Shown one piece after another: positions 1 to 13,800 of a stretch of 64,000 nt of DNA. Where the stretch lies: assembly GCF_009834535.1 (NCBI RefSeq), contig NC_045697.1:250001-314000 (forward strand), written 5' to 3'. The stretch's first letter is position 1, and every line of letters begins with the position of its first letter. The notes beneath the pieces were generated by a model, which saw only the letters and a program-made list of their open reading frames with translations, searched no databases and was not told the origin of the DNA. The position numbers were made by a program, and so were the translations under genes. The stretch is from Camelus ferus. Its lineage: Eukaryota.

Positions 1-39
1 TTCCCTGGTGCTGGGGGCCTGGCCGTGGCACTAAGGCAA

Positions 40-1860
40 GAGAAGGATGGAAGCATAAAGATTGAAGAGGAAGCAAAAATTGTCTTTATTAACAAACAAC
101 ATACCATCTATGCAGGAAATTCGAAGGACTCTACAAACCACTGTTGGAACCAGTGAGTGACTCTGGCAAGGCCACAAGCTACGTGATCAGCAAACACCCG
201 GATCTCCATACACGGCAGCTAGCAGCTGGAGGGTGACACTTACAGACAGCGCCACGAGCAATCCTGACAGAGCATGACGTGTCTGTGGCTGTGTGTTTAA
301 TAGATGTGCAAGCCTGTTTTGCCTGAAACTACAGAATTGTTGCCAGAAATTAAAACGACCTGAAAGAACAGAGAGATACACCGTGTTCACGGGCTCATCC
401 CTGCCATGCAATCGGGGACTTTTGACTGATCTATAGATTCAGTGCAATCCCAAACAAAATGCAAACAGGCTCTTTTGAATAAATTTACTGCCTGATTCTG
501 AAATGTATGTGGAAATGGCAGAACATCTAGAGCAGATGAAACAACTCTGCAGACGGAGAACAACTTCAGAGGACTTAACGGTGCTTGCTTTCAAGATTTC
601 CTGCAGTTGAGACAACATGGTATTGACAAAGAATTGACATCTGGATCCGCGGAACAGAACAGGCAGTCCAGAAATAGACCCACTCATACGTGGCCAATTG
701 ACTTTTTGACAAAGCTGCAAAGATATTTCAGTGAGGAGAGGACAGTCTTTTCGTAAGTGGCCCTGAAATAAGGAGAGATTCCCATGCAAGCAAACAAGCA
801 AGCTTCTCCCCTTGCCGCACGCCTTCCGTGGGGCTCAGTAACAGACGTGATGTGAAAACCAAAAGGGCAGCATTTCCACAGGAAAGCACAAGAGAAAACT
901 CCTCGTGACCCTGACTTAGGTAACGATTCCTTACACAGGTGACAAAAAGCATGAACCTTGAAAGAAAAATTTGATAAATTGGACTTCACCAACATTAAAA
1001 ACTTTCCTTCTTCAAAAGACACTGTTAGAAAAAAAGAAAAGAAAAAGCTAGTCTGAGAGAGTATATTTGCAAACCATGCATTCGACAGAGGGCCCTTACC
1101 CAGAATACATGAGGAGCTCTCACAGCTCAGCGACAAGAACACGAAACACCTGATTTTCAAATAGAAGATTTGAACATTTCACCAGAGAAGAGCTACACAC
1201 GACAGCTGAGCACGGAAGAGACGCGCTGGCTGTGACAGACAGAGCCGGTCCCCGTGAGGGGCCACTAAGGACACAAACACAGTCACGGGCGGCACCACTG
1301 CACGGCTACTCAAACGTCAACGGCGAGGGAGATGGACCACAGCAAGTGCTGGGAGGCCCTGGAGCGGCCAGCACCCTCGGCCACTGCTGGTGGGCAGGTA
1401 AGTGGTGTGAGCGGTTTGGCATTTTCTTACAAAGTTACATGGCACCCACTGCGTGGCCGGCAACCCCACTCCTAGACATTTACCCAAGAGAAACGGGAAC
1501 ATAAGTTCACTAACCACCGGCCACGGGAATGAGCAGCCTAACCTGTAAAAGCCCACACCAGAGCCACCCCCGTGTCCATCAGCAGGTGAATGGTGGTCCG
1601 TCCACGCAGGTGCACTGATGCTCGCAGCAACTTGGAAGAATCTCAACATCTTTACATGTGAAAAAAGCCAAGCACAAATGATACGATTTCATTTCTATAC
1701 ACAGAAGAGCAAATCAGTGCATGGTGACCACAAGCACATCGGGGCCCAGGGCAGACGGCAGGCGGACTGCAAAGGGGCCGCAAGACAGTCGGAACGCACA
1801 GAAAGGGACCTTGAACTGGGCAGCAGTTGCCATGCCTACGTCACACCGCAACCAAACTGA
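40..1860 (+). mobile_element. Ancient L1M (ORF2 3' part and 3'UTR), highly decayed
   Basis: Recognisable L1 ORF2 motifs (e.g. ccagaaatagacccac, ttgactttttgacaaag, tttgataaattggacttcaccaacattaaaaac, ccactcctagacatttacccaagagaaa); no open frame. Confidence 0.75.
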
Positions 1861-1969
1861 CCGGAGTCCCTAGCAAAACAGACACTAGAGACACGGCGCA
1901 GACCGTCCTGCTGATCATCACCCAGTCAAACCACAAACAAACCACCAGAGAGACGACCAAACCCTAACT

Positions 1970-2860
1970 TTGTAAGTTTCAGTTTTAGAAACATGCACCT
2001 AATTAACCCTTAGATTGAGGGGAAATAAAAAACTGAAGCTGTAAAAATGCTGGAAAGCAATGAAAAATAACTTTATATCTAAACTTAGGATCCGTGGCTA
2101 AAACTGGTTTGGGAAGAAAACTCTTAACCTTCAGTTTTAAAGAAGGAAAACAGAAAGGATAGGAACTTCATTATTATCTTTTAAAAAACGCTAAAAGAAA
2201 ATAACACGCAATCCAAAATAAGACAGGCAGAAAGAGGCAATGAAGATAAATGCTGCAACTGCAGAAGAAAACAAATAAAAATGACGAGTGGGTGAATCTC
2301 CTCATGGAGAATCAAGAGCACAGCGCACAGGCCTGGCTGAGCGCTCAGCCGCGTGGCTTCGGAGGCCGCACTGAGCTGCACGAGGAAGCGAAATGGTGAG
2401 CCTGCACCGCGAGAGAAGACACAAACTCTCTCTCCCCACTCGCCTCTCTGCTGGTGACATGATCGTGGACCGAAGACACGCACGGCACTCTGGCGAGAAC
2501 CCACCACAGCCCGTCACGGCCTGCGGCAGAATGGCTAAAGGCAGTATTTCTGGGTAAAAGTTGATTTTAAGAATTTCCCCATACTTTTAGTAACAAGCTA
2601 GAAACGTAAGTGGAGACCACAGTCCATTTACAATAATTGTAAAAATGGAAAATATTCAGGAATCGTTTCAGCAGAGAGCTCTGCAGCACCTGTGTGTAGA
2701 CGTGTCGTCTCCTGGAATGTGACGGCTTTGAACAGACACACTAGACTTTGGGGGGCAGGTTTACTGTCATAAGATGCCAGTTACTCCAAAGTTAATCCAT
2801 AATTGTAGGCAACCTGGATTACACTTCCAATTTAAACTCCAACAATTCTTTCTATTTTCC
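1970..2860 (+). mobile_element. Very old L1 ORF2-like fragments
   Basis: A-rich plus strand with degenerate L1 motifs (aaaatgctggaaagcaatgaaaa; aagatgccagttactccaaagttaatccata). Confidence 0.45.
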
Positions 2861-4292
2861 TTTTGGGGTAAAGTTAAGACTCCTGTGGCAGAATGAATGT
2901 CAGAGGAGATCTGATCCCAGTGACATAAGGATGGGAGAGGCCACCCTCGCTGTGGGTCCCAGAAATTCCAGGAGAGTGCCAGACAGCGAGAAGGTCATTG
3001 ACTGGAGATGTTTTCAGTGTGATGATGTCTCTTCCTGGGGGGTCTGGGAGGGCGCCCCTCACAGGCTGTGGAGGGAAGGGTGTCCCAGCGGGCTGGACCA
3101 GCAATCACATTCGTAAGCACATATAGGGTTCAGCCCAGCTACCCGACCCCTGCACCCACCCCTCATAGGACAGGCGCCCACGCTGCCCACTTGTCTCCGC
3201 TGTGGCCCTTGCAAGTGGCTGGAGACAAGCACATGGCCACACGCCACCATCACCCAGTCAGGGAGCCCCAGGTGGTCGTGAGAGCCAGGCGCAGACACGC
3301 TATGTCGCACATGCCACTGGAAAACCAAGGAGGAAAAACCCCACATGAAATCCTTCTCCCGAGCTGGAAAGCACGGGCGAAACCACAGTCACTGCATCTC
3401 TGGGAGCTGGAGAGCGAGGCTGCGGTCTAGCAAGATCCTTGGGGTTACCATCCTGCAAATCCCTGGTGCACCCTGCTCCAGACCGCGGCCCACCGGGCAC
3501 AGGGATGGGCAGCCCACTCCAGGCAAGAGGATGGAAGAATGCGTAAAGCTGTGCAAATCCAGGAAAAAAGAGTGAGAAATAGCTGCAGGTCGGAAGGACA
3601 TTAAAATGATCGGCGAGTACAGTCACACTGTATCCTTACATATTTGAAAACTTGAATGAAGTAGATTTTCTAAAAAAGTATTGTCAGAAACTGAGAACCA
3701 CGTTTAAGAATTCACAGATGGAGCCTCTCAAATATTCAAGAAGCAGATAATTCACTGATATTTAGAATGTCCTTGGAAGGGAGGAAAAGAAGGAAATCCT
3801 CCGGGTGATTTTTGTGAAACCAGCATAAGAACGATGCCGAGGGTGGACCAGGCTCCCGCGCAAACAGCCACGCGAAGCGCCACCCAGAGACGGAAAGTGA
3901 AGTTTGGCACTTCTTACAGAATCCTGTAGGAGACAGAATGTGTGCTCAATGGAGCTCATTTTCGGGAAGGAAAGATGCTTCCAGCAGAAAGTAGTTACTG
4001 GCCTGGCACCGCCCAGACACATAGCCCCCTCGTGGAGCAGCAGGGCGTCCCAGCACCTGCCCTCGCCCTCCTGTCCCTCAGAGGGTGCAGAGCTGGACAC
4101 AGCCCTCCTCCCCGTGCTGGGCCAGGCAGGGTGGGATGAAGCTGTCATTCCCCCCAGGGCTGCCTGTTCACTGCCACCTCCCGAATCCTGCCTCCAGAAG
4201 GGAGCCGGGCCTCAGGTGCTGCGGTCCACTCATGTGACCATGGCATGACCATCACAAAGGCAGGCGTCCTTGGGAGAAGAGCCCATTCTGGC

Positions 4293-5565
4293 TTTTTTTA
4301 ATTGAAGTACAGTCAGTTACAATGTGTCAGTTTTGGGTGTTCAGCACAATGTCCCAGTCATGCATAGACATACATATACTTGTCTTCATATTCTTTTCCA
4401 TTAAAGGTTATTACAAGATATTGAATATAGTTCCCTGTGCTCTACAGAAGAAACTTGTTCTTTTTTTTGTTTTGTTTTTACTTTTTTTTAATTGAGTTAT
4501 AGTCATTTTACAATGTGGTGTCAATTTCCAGTGTAGAGCACCACTTTTCAGTTATACACGAACATACATACATTCATTGTCGCATTCTTTTTCTCTGTGA
4601 GCCACCACAGGATCCTGTATGTATTTCCCTGTGCTGTACAGTACAATCTTGTTTATCTATTCTGCATATGCCTGTCAGTATCTACAAATTTTGAACTCCC
4701 AGTCTGTCTCTTCCCACCCCCGTCCCCCTGTCATCCACAAGTTTGTATTCTATGTCTATGAGTCTGTTTCTCTTTTGTATTTATGTTCTCTCTCTCTTTT
4801 TTTTTATAGATTCCACATATGAGCGATCTCATATGGTATTTTTCTTTCTCTTTCTGGCTTACTTCACTTAGAATGACATTCTCCAGGGACATCCATGCTG
4901 CTGCAAATGGCGTTATGTTGTCGTTTTTATGGCTAAGTAGTATTCCACTGTATAAATATACCACATCTTCTCTATCCGGTTATCCGTTGATGGACATTTA
5001 GGTTGTCTCCATGTCTTGGCTATTGTAAATAGTGCTGCTATGAACACTGGGGTGCAGGTGTCTTTTTGAAGTAGGGTTCCTTCTGGATATATGCCCAGGA
5101 GTGGGATTCCTGGGTCATACGGTAAGTCTATTCCTAGTCTTTTGAGGAATCTCCACACTGTTTTCCACAGCGGCTGCACCAAACTGCATTCCCACCAGCA
5201 GTGAAGGAGGGTTCCCCTTTCTCCGCAGCCTCTCCAGCATTTGTCATTTGTGGACTTTTGAATGATGGCCATTTTGACCGGTGTGAGGTGACACCTCATT
5301 GTAGTTTTGATTAGCATTTCTCTGATAATTAGTGATATTGAGCGTTTTTTTCATGTGCCTATTGATCATTTGTATGTCTTCCTTGGAGAATTGCTTGTTA
5401 AGGTCTTCTGCCCATTTTTGAAACTTGTTTTTTTTTAAATCTGTTTTTGTATATGTGGCTAACATTTGCAAATCTCAAACTCCCAGATTTATTCCTTATG
5501 GAACCACAAGATTGTTTACTATGTCTGCAAGTCTGTTTCTGCTTTGTAGATGAGCTCATAGTGCC
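4293..5565 (-). mobile_element. Artiodactyl/camelid L1 3'UTR fragment, split by a younger L1 (pieces 4293-4459 and 5437-5565)
   Basis: ttttttaattgaagtacagtcagttacaatgtgtca...gatattgaatatagttccctgtgct; resumes after 5437 with caaatctcaaactccca...gtctgtttctgctttgtag. Confidence 0.7.
4467..5419 (-). mobile_element. Young 5'-truncated L1 (ORF2 C-terminus + 3'UTR + polyA) with TSD
   Basis: ORF2 CCHC region [19 protein letters not shown]...[14 protein letters not shown]...SLICGI* (two frameshifts); flanked by gaaacttgtt(c/t)tttttt at 4450-4466 and 5420-5436. Confidence 0.92.
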
Positions 5566-5579
5566 CTGACAATCCATTC

Positions 5580-7780
5580 ATAAAGCAGCTTTATAGAGAG
5601 ATAACGGACTTCAAATCACTCCGATTGACCAACCGTGAAACCGTCACCACCGTCAGGATACAGGACACGCTACATCCCTAAAGTTTCCTGGTGGCCTCGT
5701 GTGATCCCTCCCACCAGACTCCCCAGACAACCTCCGATCCACTCGCTGCCCCTGTCAATGACTGTGCGTTCTCCAGAGCTTGTCTCACTGCAGTCAGGTC
5801 CGGGTGGTGACTGTGCGGGGGTCCGGCTGCCTCTGAGACCTGTCCCCGCGGCTGAGCACCTGCGGCTCATAGACCGCTGGTGCCGAGAGGATGATGCCAG
5901 GCTTATCCGTCCACCGGTGACCCGCCCCCTGGCTGCTGGTGTCTGGGTTCCTCCCAGTCTGGTCTCTGTGAACGAAGTCGCCCTGAACACTCACAGCCAA
6001 GTCCGAGCGCGCACGTGGGCAAGTTCCCGAGAGTGGACTCTGAGTTGCGTGGTAAGTCGAGGTTCCACCTTTAAGAACTGCTGAACTGCTTTCCAAAGTA
6101 GTGGCACCACTGTAAACTCCCACAGCAGCTACGAGGGTCCCAGGTTCTCCACATCCTTGCCGACACGTGCTGCCCCCGTGCCCGTGGTTCTAACTGTCCC
6201 CGTGGGCGCGAGGCTGCTGCGGTGTTTCCCTCAGGACTAATGTTGCTAAGCGTATTTCCATGTGCTTAGTAACAACTTTCGTATTTTATTTGATGGAATC
6301 CCTATTCAAATCGTTTGCACACTTTCAAAAATAACCTTTCGTCTTGGAATAATTTTAGGTTTACAGTAAATGATGAAGACAGTCCCGCATGCCCGGCAGG
6401 ACAGGGAAGTCATATTCCCCACTGTCAACACATGACCCCAGCACGGTGCACCCGTCCGGTCGAGGAGCCCACACTGGCAGCGCTGCCACCACCTGACCGC
6501 CTCGGTGTCCTTGTGCTCCAGGACCCCCCCCCCCCCCGGGGACCGCACGCCACAGTCCTTGGGGCCTCAGAATGGTGACGGTTTCCCTGACTTCCCTTGT
6601 CTTGACGACCTTGCCGGTACCGAGGAGTGTTTTCAGGAATTCTATGCATCTCTCAGCTGCGACCCGGCTGATGCTTCTCTCTTGATTAGACAGGGCTCCG
6701 GGTTTGGAGGAAGACTCCGGGGGACCAAATGCCGGTCTCATCCCGGCCCGTCCGGTCGTGCTCTCAACGTGACCTGTCTGGATGCCCCAGCCTGGCCCGC
6801 TTTGGAGCCGAGGGCTGTGGCCCCCTCCCAGAGCTCCTGCCCCTTTCTTCAGTGGGTTGTTGGTCTTCCACTATAGAATGGTGCCCATTCTTCATATACT
6901 CTGGATGTAAGTCCAGTGTTAATTTCCTTTCTTAGAGAACTAGGATGGCACATCATCCCCGCCCACCGTGTCGTTCACCTCTGCTCTGGTCTTTATCGCT
7001 TTCTTCCCTCTGCTTACTTGGGGTTTCGTTTGACTTTCTTTCCCTAGTTTCTGATGTTAGTAGTTGAAGTTAATTATCTGAGGCCTTCTTTCGTTTCTAT
7101 TGAGGTGCTGGTGACACAAATTTCCCTCCAAACACTGCTTTACTGATCCCACAAATTTTGGCTTTTCTTTATTTCGATTCAGTTCACAGTACTTCCTAGC
7201 TTCCCGGTTGTCCCTTCTTGGTCCCATGGGCCGTTCATCTGGGGAAGGGTTCCCGATATCTCCCTGTTATGAGTTTCTTGTTTCATCTCACTGCTGCCAA
7301 GGGCACATTTGGCACAACTGGAGTCTTGTACATTTATTGAGACTGGTTTCATGGCCGAGAATAAGGTCTCTCTCGGTAAAAGCGCTGTGTGTGCTGTTTG
7401 GAGAGCCTGGAAAGTCAGTGGGCCAGGCTGGTTGGCGGTTTGCTCAGGTGTGTGTGTCCTCACTGCCTCTCTGCCTGTCTGCTGTCGGCTGAGTGTCTCC
7501 ACCTGAACTTGTGACCTGTCTGTTTCTCCTTCAAGTTTCATCCGTTTTGCTCCTGTGTTGTGAAGTTCAGTCATTACAAGCCACGGCCAGCTTCATTCCT
7601 GGTCGTAACCTTTGCTCTGGACTCCACTTTGTCTGACATCAGGGTGGCCGTTCGGGGCTTCTGACTGATGTCAGCAGGGCCCATCTTCTCCCATCTTCTT
7701 GCTTTTCCCTGCTTTATGCCTTTGTGTTTCCCTACAGCCACTTGACATTCTGCCCAGTCCAACAGTCTTTGCCTTGTTAT
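5580..7780 (-). mobile_element. Cluster of old L1M fragments (3' ends and ORF2 pieces)
   Basis: T-rich L1 antisense motifs (ctttaagaactgctgaactgctttccaaagtagt; ggaataattttaggtttacag; tgtctgtttctccttcaagtttcatccgtttt). Confidence 0.65.
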
Positions 7781-8931
7781 GAGCATGAACCCGGCAGCGG
7801 GGCCACAAAAGCCACAGACCCCAAGGCAGCTGTCGGGGTGCGAAGGAGGCAGCCGGGATTGTGGGGGAATTATCCTTAAATTAAACATGGCTCTGATCCC
7901 ACTTAACAAAGCTTAAAAACAAGGCAGGAACGACTCAAACTGACTCTAAATGACCCGACCACATCCTGAGCAAAGTGAGTCTATTTAGGAAAACAGAACA
8001 CCAGCACCAACAGGGCGACCTGACGCACGACGTCTGGCCCGGCGAAGCCTACCAGGCCCGCGGGGCTGGGGCGCACAGGCCCCCACGTGGAAGCCGCCCC
8101 CCGCGCCTGGCCGGGGCCGAGCGTGTGAGCGCGCGGTGGAGACACGTGGAAGACCACGAAGGCAGGCGGCGAACGTGTAAGTAGCAGGAAGCGCACCTAG
8201 AACGCACAGGTCGTGAACGGCGGCAGCTGCTGGGTAGTCAGGCCCTTGCTGAGTGAACGAAAGATGTTAAATCACACTGTTACCCAAAGAGGTAATTAAA
8301 CACGGGATCAGTTTTACCCATCCCCCAGCCATCGTGTGACTCTGGGGATGCGTGTCGTCCCGGAGCGCTGCCGCGTGTGGACTTGCAGCGTTTGTTTTAG
8401 ACGGGGGTTTGGAACTGTGTGTCAGGAGGAGCCAGCCGTGCACGCCCTCCTGCTGTAGCGTGTTCCCGTCACTAAGGACATCGCGGTTTCCTGAGAGGCC
8501 ACCCTCCTGCAGCCGTGGCACCAGCACCATCACCTCAATACAACAAACCGCCTCAGAAACAGAGCCTCTTCCTGCTGGATTTCCCTCCTGCGTGGAACTG
8601 TCGTGGCCTCACGTTCAGTGTTTGTTTACCTGGGTTTTGTTGTCCCTCTCCAACACTAGAATGTATGTTTCACCAGGACAGAGACCGTCTGTGTGTCTGG
8701 CTCGCAGCAAGAGCTCAGTGAATACACACTGAGTGACAGGGTGTGCGTGCAGGGATGCCCGCTGCAGCCTTGTTTGCACGAGTGAGAAAGCTGACGTGTG
8801 ATGCCTGACATGCGGCGTCAGTTCAGTCACCGGCAGCGAATCCACGCAAGACCAAGGCAGGCGTCCTGAGGCCACAGGTCCTAAAGCCACGTGTTTGAGT
8901 GCCAGGTGTCCAAGTGCCAGCTGTCCTAATG

Positions 8932-9345
8932 CAGGCAGACTTTGTTTTAATGTGCCTCCCAGGTACTGCATTTTTCACAGATCGAAGGTTTGTGGCAACC
9001 TTGGGTCAAGCAAGTCTATGGGCACCATGTTTCCAACAGAACCTGCTCACTTCATGTCTCTTGTCACATTTTGGTAATTCTCACACTATTTCAAACCCTC
9101 CACCAGCAAAGATTATGACTCACTGAAGGCTAAGATGATGGTTAGCATTTTTTAGCAGTACATTTTTTAACTCATGACATGCACGCTATCCTGGACACGA
9201 TGTTGTTGCGCACCTCACAGACTACAGTGTAAACATATCTTTTGTACGCGCCGGGAAACCAGAAAGTTCCCGTGCCTGCTTTGTTGCGATTGTCTCTCTG
9301 TTGCAGTGGTCTGGAACCCGACCTGCGAGACCTCCGAGGTGCCTG
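8932..9345 (+). mobile_element. Tigger1-derived non-autonomous DNA transposon (internal deletion, Tigger1a-like)
   Basis: caggcagac...gaaggtttgtggcaacc...gactcactgaaggctaagatgatggttagcattttttagca...gtggtctggaacc...ccgaggtgcctg; terminal inverted CAGGCA/TGCCTG. Confidence 0.85.
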
Positions 9346-10289
9346 GACAGGCACTCCAGTTATCCTTTTGCTCCGTGTCCCAATTCCAGGTGTTCTGACC
9401 TTAGGTGTCCTAATGCAAAGTCCTTACAGTTGAGGGTCCTCACTGCTGAGTTCTGGTTAAACACGCTGGACGGATACACACCGCTTTCCCCAACCCCACT
9501 CAAAGGAGAGTCAGGAAATTTAAAAGCATGATTCCACAGAGACAAGCAGAATAGGGGAGGAGAGAGCAAGATGACCGAGGTGTCGACGCTGGGGGAACCG
9601 AAGGGCAACCAGCGAGGGCAGAGTGAGATGCGCAGACAAGTTGACGTGGCGGCGGGACTGCGGGGGGACTCCAGGTTTGGTGGCGCTGGGTCCTGTGGGA
9701 GGCACGGGTGACCAGGGTGGGCTGAGGTCTCTCTGAGGGACACCTGTGCTCCCCACCCTGGGGACCCACCACCCGAGCAGCAAGGGGGAATCAAAAATAA
9801 GCTTCCCTGGAGAAAAAGAACCAGAGGCCCTCCAGACCCGGCCCAGGTTCAGGGCTGCGGGGACAGAGACGACCTGCCGCCTGCAGACTGGGCTCAAGTG
9901 GACGTGTGTTTCCTGAAACTGGGGTTTGGACTTGCCCAAGTCCCCACCCGCTGCCTGCCCACAGAACCCGCCCTCCAGCCACGTAGACTCCGTTTCTGGA
10001 GAAAGGGAACCACACCCCAAACAAGCCCCAAAGAGGCTTCCAGTCGGACGTCTCCAGGCACCAGAGCCAGCTCATCACGTGCTTGTCCCGCAGGTGAGCC
10101 TGAGGCCCCACAGCACACGGAACCTCCCACCGGCTCTCAGAACTCACTCTGACGCGCGAGTGTGCACCCTGCGCGCCCCAGGCACGGAGACTGCGCTCGG
10201 CAGACCGGCAGGTGGGGCTCAGGAGGCAGTTACAGGGACAGGGGAGCTCTCGAGAGGCGGGGGGCTTGGAATGCAGGAAAGAGCTTTGG

Positions 10290-10800
10290 GAAGTGAAAAA
10301 CATAAACGCAAATGAGAAATTCAGTTGAAGAGTCAGAAAATGAAATTAAGGAAATGCCCCAGAAAGCAGAACAAAAGCTGCAGAGCTGGAAACAGGCGAG
10401 AAGATGCAGGAAAGAGCATCGGACCAGGGCGCGCAGCGGGCAGGGTAGGAGGATGGGTCACCACGCAGCAGCCGGAGCAGCGCCTGGGACTGAACCACCT
10501 GCACCCGTGGTGCAGACGCCAGAAGACCCACAGCAAGGTCCCGAAATCTTGAATTTCAAAATGCCCAGGTTGATGAGGAAACAGCAAAAACCTCCAGAGA
10601 GAAAACCAAGAGGTCACGGAAGACGCACTGGAGGTGAGAACAGCATGTGGCTTCTCAGCGGCAGCTTCAGAGCCTGGCGGGCAACCGGAGTGAGGCTGCA
10701 GACGCCTACGGCGGACATGGATTTAGATCCAAAATGTATATCCAGCTTAACCGGCGATCACACACGAAGGCAGAAAGAGGGTCTATGTGCCCCTGACGCA
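10290..10800 (+). mobile_element. Decayed L1 ORF1/HAL1-like fragment
   Basis: Coiled-coil-like NSVEESENEIKEMPQKAEQK and cttctcagcggcagcttcagagcctgg resemble old L1 ORF1. Confidence 0.45.
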
Positions 10801-13800
10801 CCCGCTCTCAGAAAGTTCCCCAGGGTCCAGCAGGAGAGGAGCGAGGGGCATCGGGGCCGCAGCAGGTGCAGCCGGGAATGGAAGGTGCCAGAGTCCTGGG
10901 GCAGCCACTCCAGGGGAGAGAAGAGCCACCTGTTCATCTGGAACCTTTAGCCACATGGAAATACTGGGTGGTGGGGCTGCCAGAGGGTGGAGAGTTAGAG
11001 AGGGTTCACAGAGAAGGAGGCAAATAGAGAATGAGACATGTTAACTCCAGGGCAGACCAAAGGTCCCACAGGAAAGATGTGATCGGGGCTCACAGGGAAC
11101 CCTGTGCACGGCGCCGATGTGACCCATTACAGGAAACTAATGAAATGTCCAAGATGATCCAACGAGCTCGTTTCTGAGAAACACGAGGCGTCTCAGTAAG
11201 GCAACCTGAGAAATAACTTTCTTTAAGTTCCAGGTATCTCATTAGATGAGACCTGCAGCCCACGCCTCGGCCAGGAAGATGAGAGGAGAGTGGCAATATT
11301 AACAAACTGCTCCTGGAACCGGGGCTCAGTCTGTAGTGATGCTCACCACCCGCAGGGCCAGTCTCTGCCCACGTCTGTCTGCACTGCAGACAGAGGCGTC
11401 CCCGAAACATGCATGGTGCAGAGAGCTGTCGTTGGAAACGACACCGTCCCAGCACCGACCGCGCTGACGCCTCGCCAGCTGGCTCCTGGGACTGGTGCTA
11501 ACACACCGACATGAAAAGGACTTTGCTGAGTCTTTTAAAACTGGAACTGGACCTGAAGGCCTCTGTCTTTGAAAAAGTATTTTCAAATAAAGTAATGTGT
11601 GATTCTAATGGATGAGCTGGAAAGCAGTGCAGTGGCTCAGTTCTCCACATCACTTCTTTATCCTTTTCTGTGTTATTTCAATTCCCTACAATGAACACCT
11701 GTTACTTTAACGATGGGGAAAAAAACCCACTTTTATGCTGAAGAATAAACATGGGTATATACCTCTGATAAAATTGAATGCAAAGATAGAAATGTTTTCT
11801 ACGTATTAAGAAAACAGACTGCCACCAGTCCTCTAGCTCTAAATCACAAGGGCCGAGGAGAGGGGTGGGGGAGAAAGACAGAAAAGCACCCAGAGCTCCT
11901 GGAAAGACTTCGGCAAGAGCTCGAAACACAGTGTCGCTCGTAACCGTGGCAATTAGGGCTTAAGTAATGCTTTTAAAGGGCATATGGGTTCCACAACACT
12001 GCAGAAGGGTTTAAAAAGAAAATGTAGTCCACGTATTAGGACAGAGTAAGCGAAACTTTGCCAGAGCACTTTAAAAAGGTGACAGTTCAGATGACAGAAG
12101 CCACAGCAGGTATGTTAGCTGTGACTATTCTTGCAAAGTGAGATGTAAAGCCAAGTCCCCTTGGAAGACACCCACTGGCTGCCCCGCTGGAGGGCGCCGG
12201 GCCCTGAGGGGGTGCTGCAGGCACCACGCACCTGGGCCACCCTGGCCCAAGGAACAAAGCAGCTTCCAAGGAGCAGCAAAACCTGCCCCGGCCATCAGCC
12301 ACCGTCCCGGGCTTCCCACACCCTGTCCAGCCCCAGCCCCAGCCCAGGTCAGGAGGGACTGGTACTGGGAAAGTGCCGTATCGTCCTTGCTGCCAGACAG
12401 CCCACACCCCGCCAGTGCTGGAACCCAGCCTGGGGCCCCAAGGGAGGGGAGGCACAGGCATGTGGCCCAGTCTCACCTGCTGGCCACCGTGCTCCAGGCC
12501 CTGCTTCTGGTGGCCTTGACTCCGAGGCTGACTGAGGGGCATGGCCAGGGACTGGCTGGAGGGTCACCCAGAAAGTCCCTGCCTCCTGGTCCTGCCAGCA
12601 CCGGACCTGAGCCTGCCTCAGGGACATGGCCCTCACTCCCAGTGTGTCCCTCACCTTCTGGCACAGAAGCACCGCTCCTCCGGCTCTGTGCCGACAGCAC
12701 CCCTGCCCTCCCGCCCGCTCCTTCGCTGGCCCTGCAGACCTTTCTCAGGCATCTGGGCATCTGCCCCTGCCACGCACAGATCACGGATCCGGTGCTCGGT
12801 GCCCGCGGGGAGGGTCCCTGGGCGCCACTGGCCCTGACTGCGGAGGCGGGCACCAGGCCGAGAGCGTCTGCTCTTGGCTTCAGGGGAGGACGTACGGAGG
12901 CAGAGGCGAGACAAAACGCCAACTAGTGAGGCCGAACGGAGCCAAGCTCCAGGACAGACGGCGCGGCCACCGGCTTGGGGGCCGGCTGTCATCCTGTCCC
13001 GCTGCTCACTGGCCGCCTGTCCGTCTGCAGACGCTGCCCCCAGCGCACGTGGGGGACACTGAGATGTTCCTGTCGGGGCCTCAGTGAGTGTCAGGGACGC
13101 CTCCCCCTGCTGACTTCACCGGGGCAGGGCAGGCTCCGCTAGCAGGGCATCTGCTTGGCGTGATGGACGGACAGAAGGATGGGGGCTGTGCCCACCCCGC
13201 AGACCAGGTGTGAAGCAGTCCACCTTCCCAGAACCTTCCTTCTGAAGGAAAGCTAAGTGCCACAAGGTCCCCGCGGCCCCCAGGACCCTCGAGGGCCTGA
13301 GGCCAGCAGCTGCTGGGGACCCCACGCCTCACCCTCCGTCCTCACCGGTCCCTCCTCCTGCTGCCTACACGCGACACCTGCACTTCTTGCCTCTCCCTCC
13401 CCCAGGAGGCCCCCATCTGTGCCTTTCCTGCCAGTCCTTCGGCCACTGTGGGCCGGAGGGTGGAGGCCTGAGGTGAAGGCAGTGGACGGCACCCTGCTTC
13501 AGCTGAGCCCACCTCCCGGCCCGGGAAGCGAAGCTCAGCACAGGGGCCTGACATCTCCCCAGGGCAGAGGCCCGGCTTTCCCAAGGAAACATTAGGAGCA
13601 GGGCTAGCACCACGTGGCATAGCCCGGGGCACCAGCCTGCCTGTGGGCTCTGCCAGAGCTGCTCCAGCCTGCTGCCTGGCCCCCGGCGTCCTCAGCCCTC
13701 TCAGTGTCAGTCTGCACCTCGCACCCAGCACTCAACAGGTAGCACTCGGCACCCAGCACCTGCACTCGGGACCCTCAGCTCCCAGTACCCTCAGAGGCCA

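Noticed and set aside
10312..10950. 212-aa plus-strand ORF with a coiled-coil-like start as a domesticated L1 ORF1 gene
   Set aside because: Similarity to ORF1 fades after about 25 aa and no promoter or splice support was seen. Treated as a decayed repeat.
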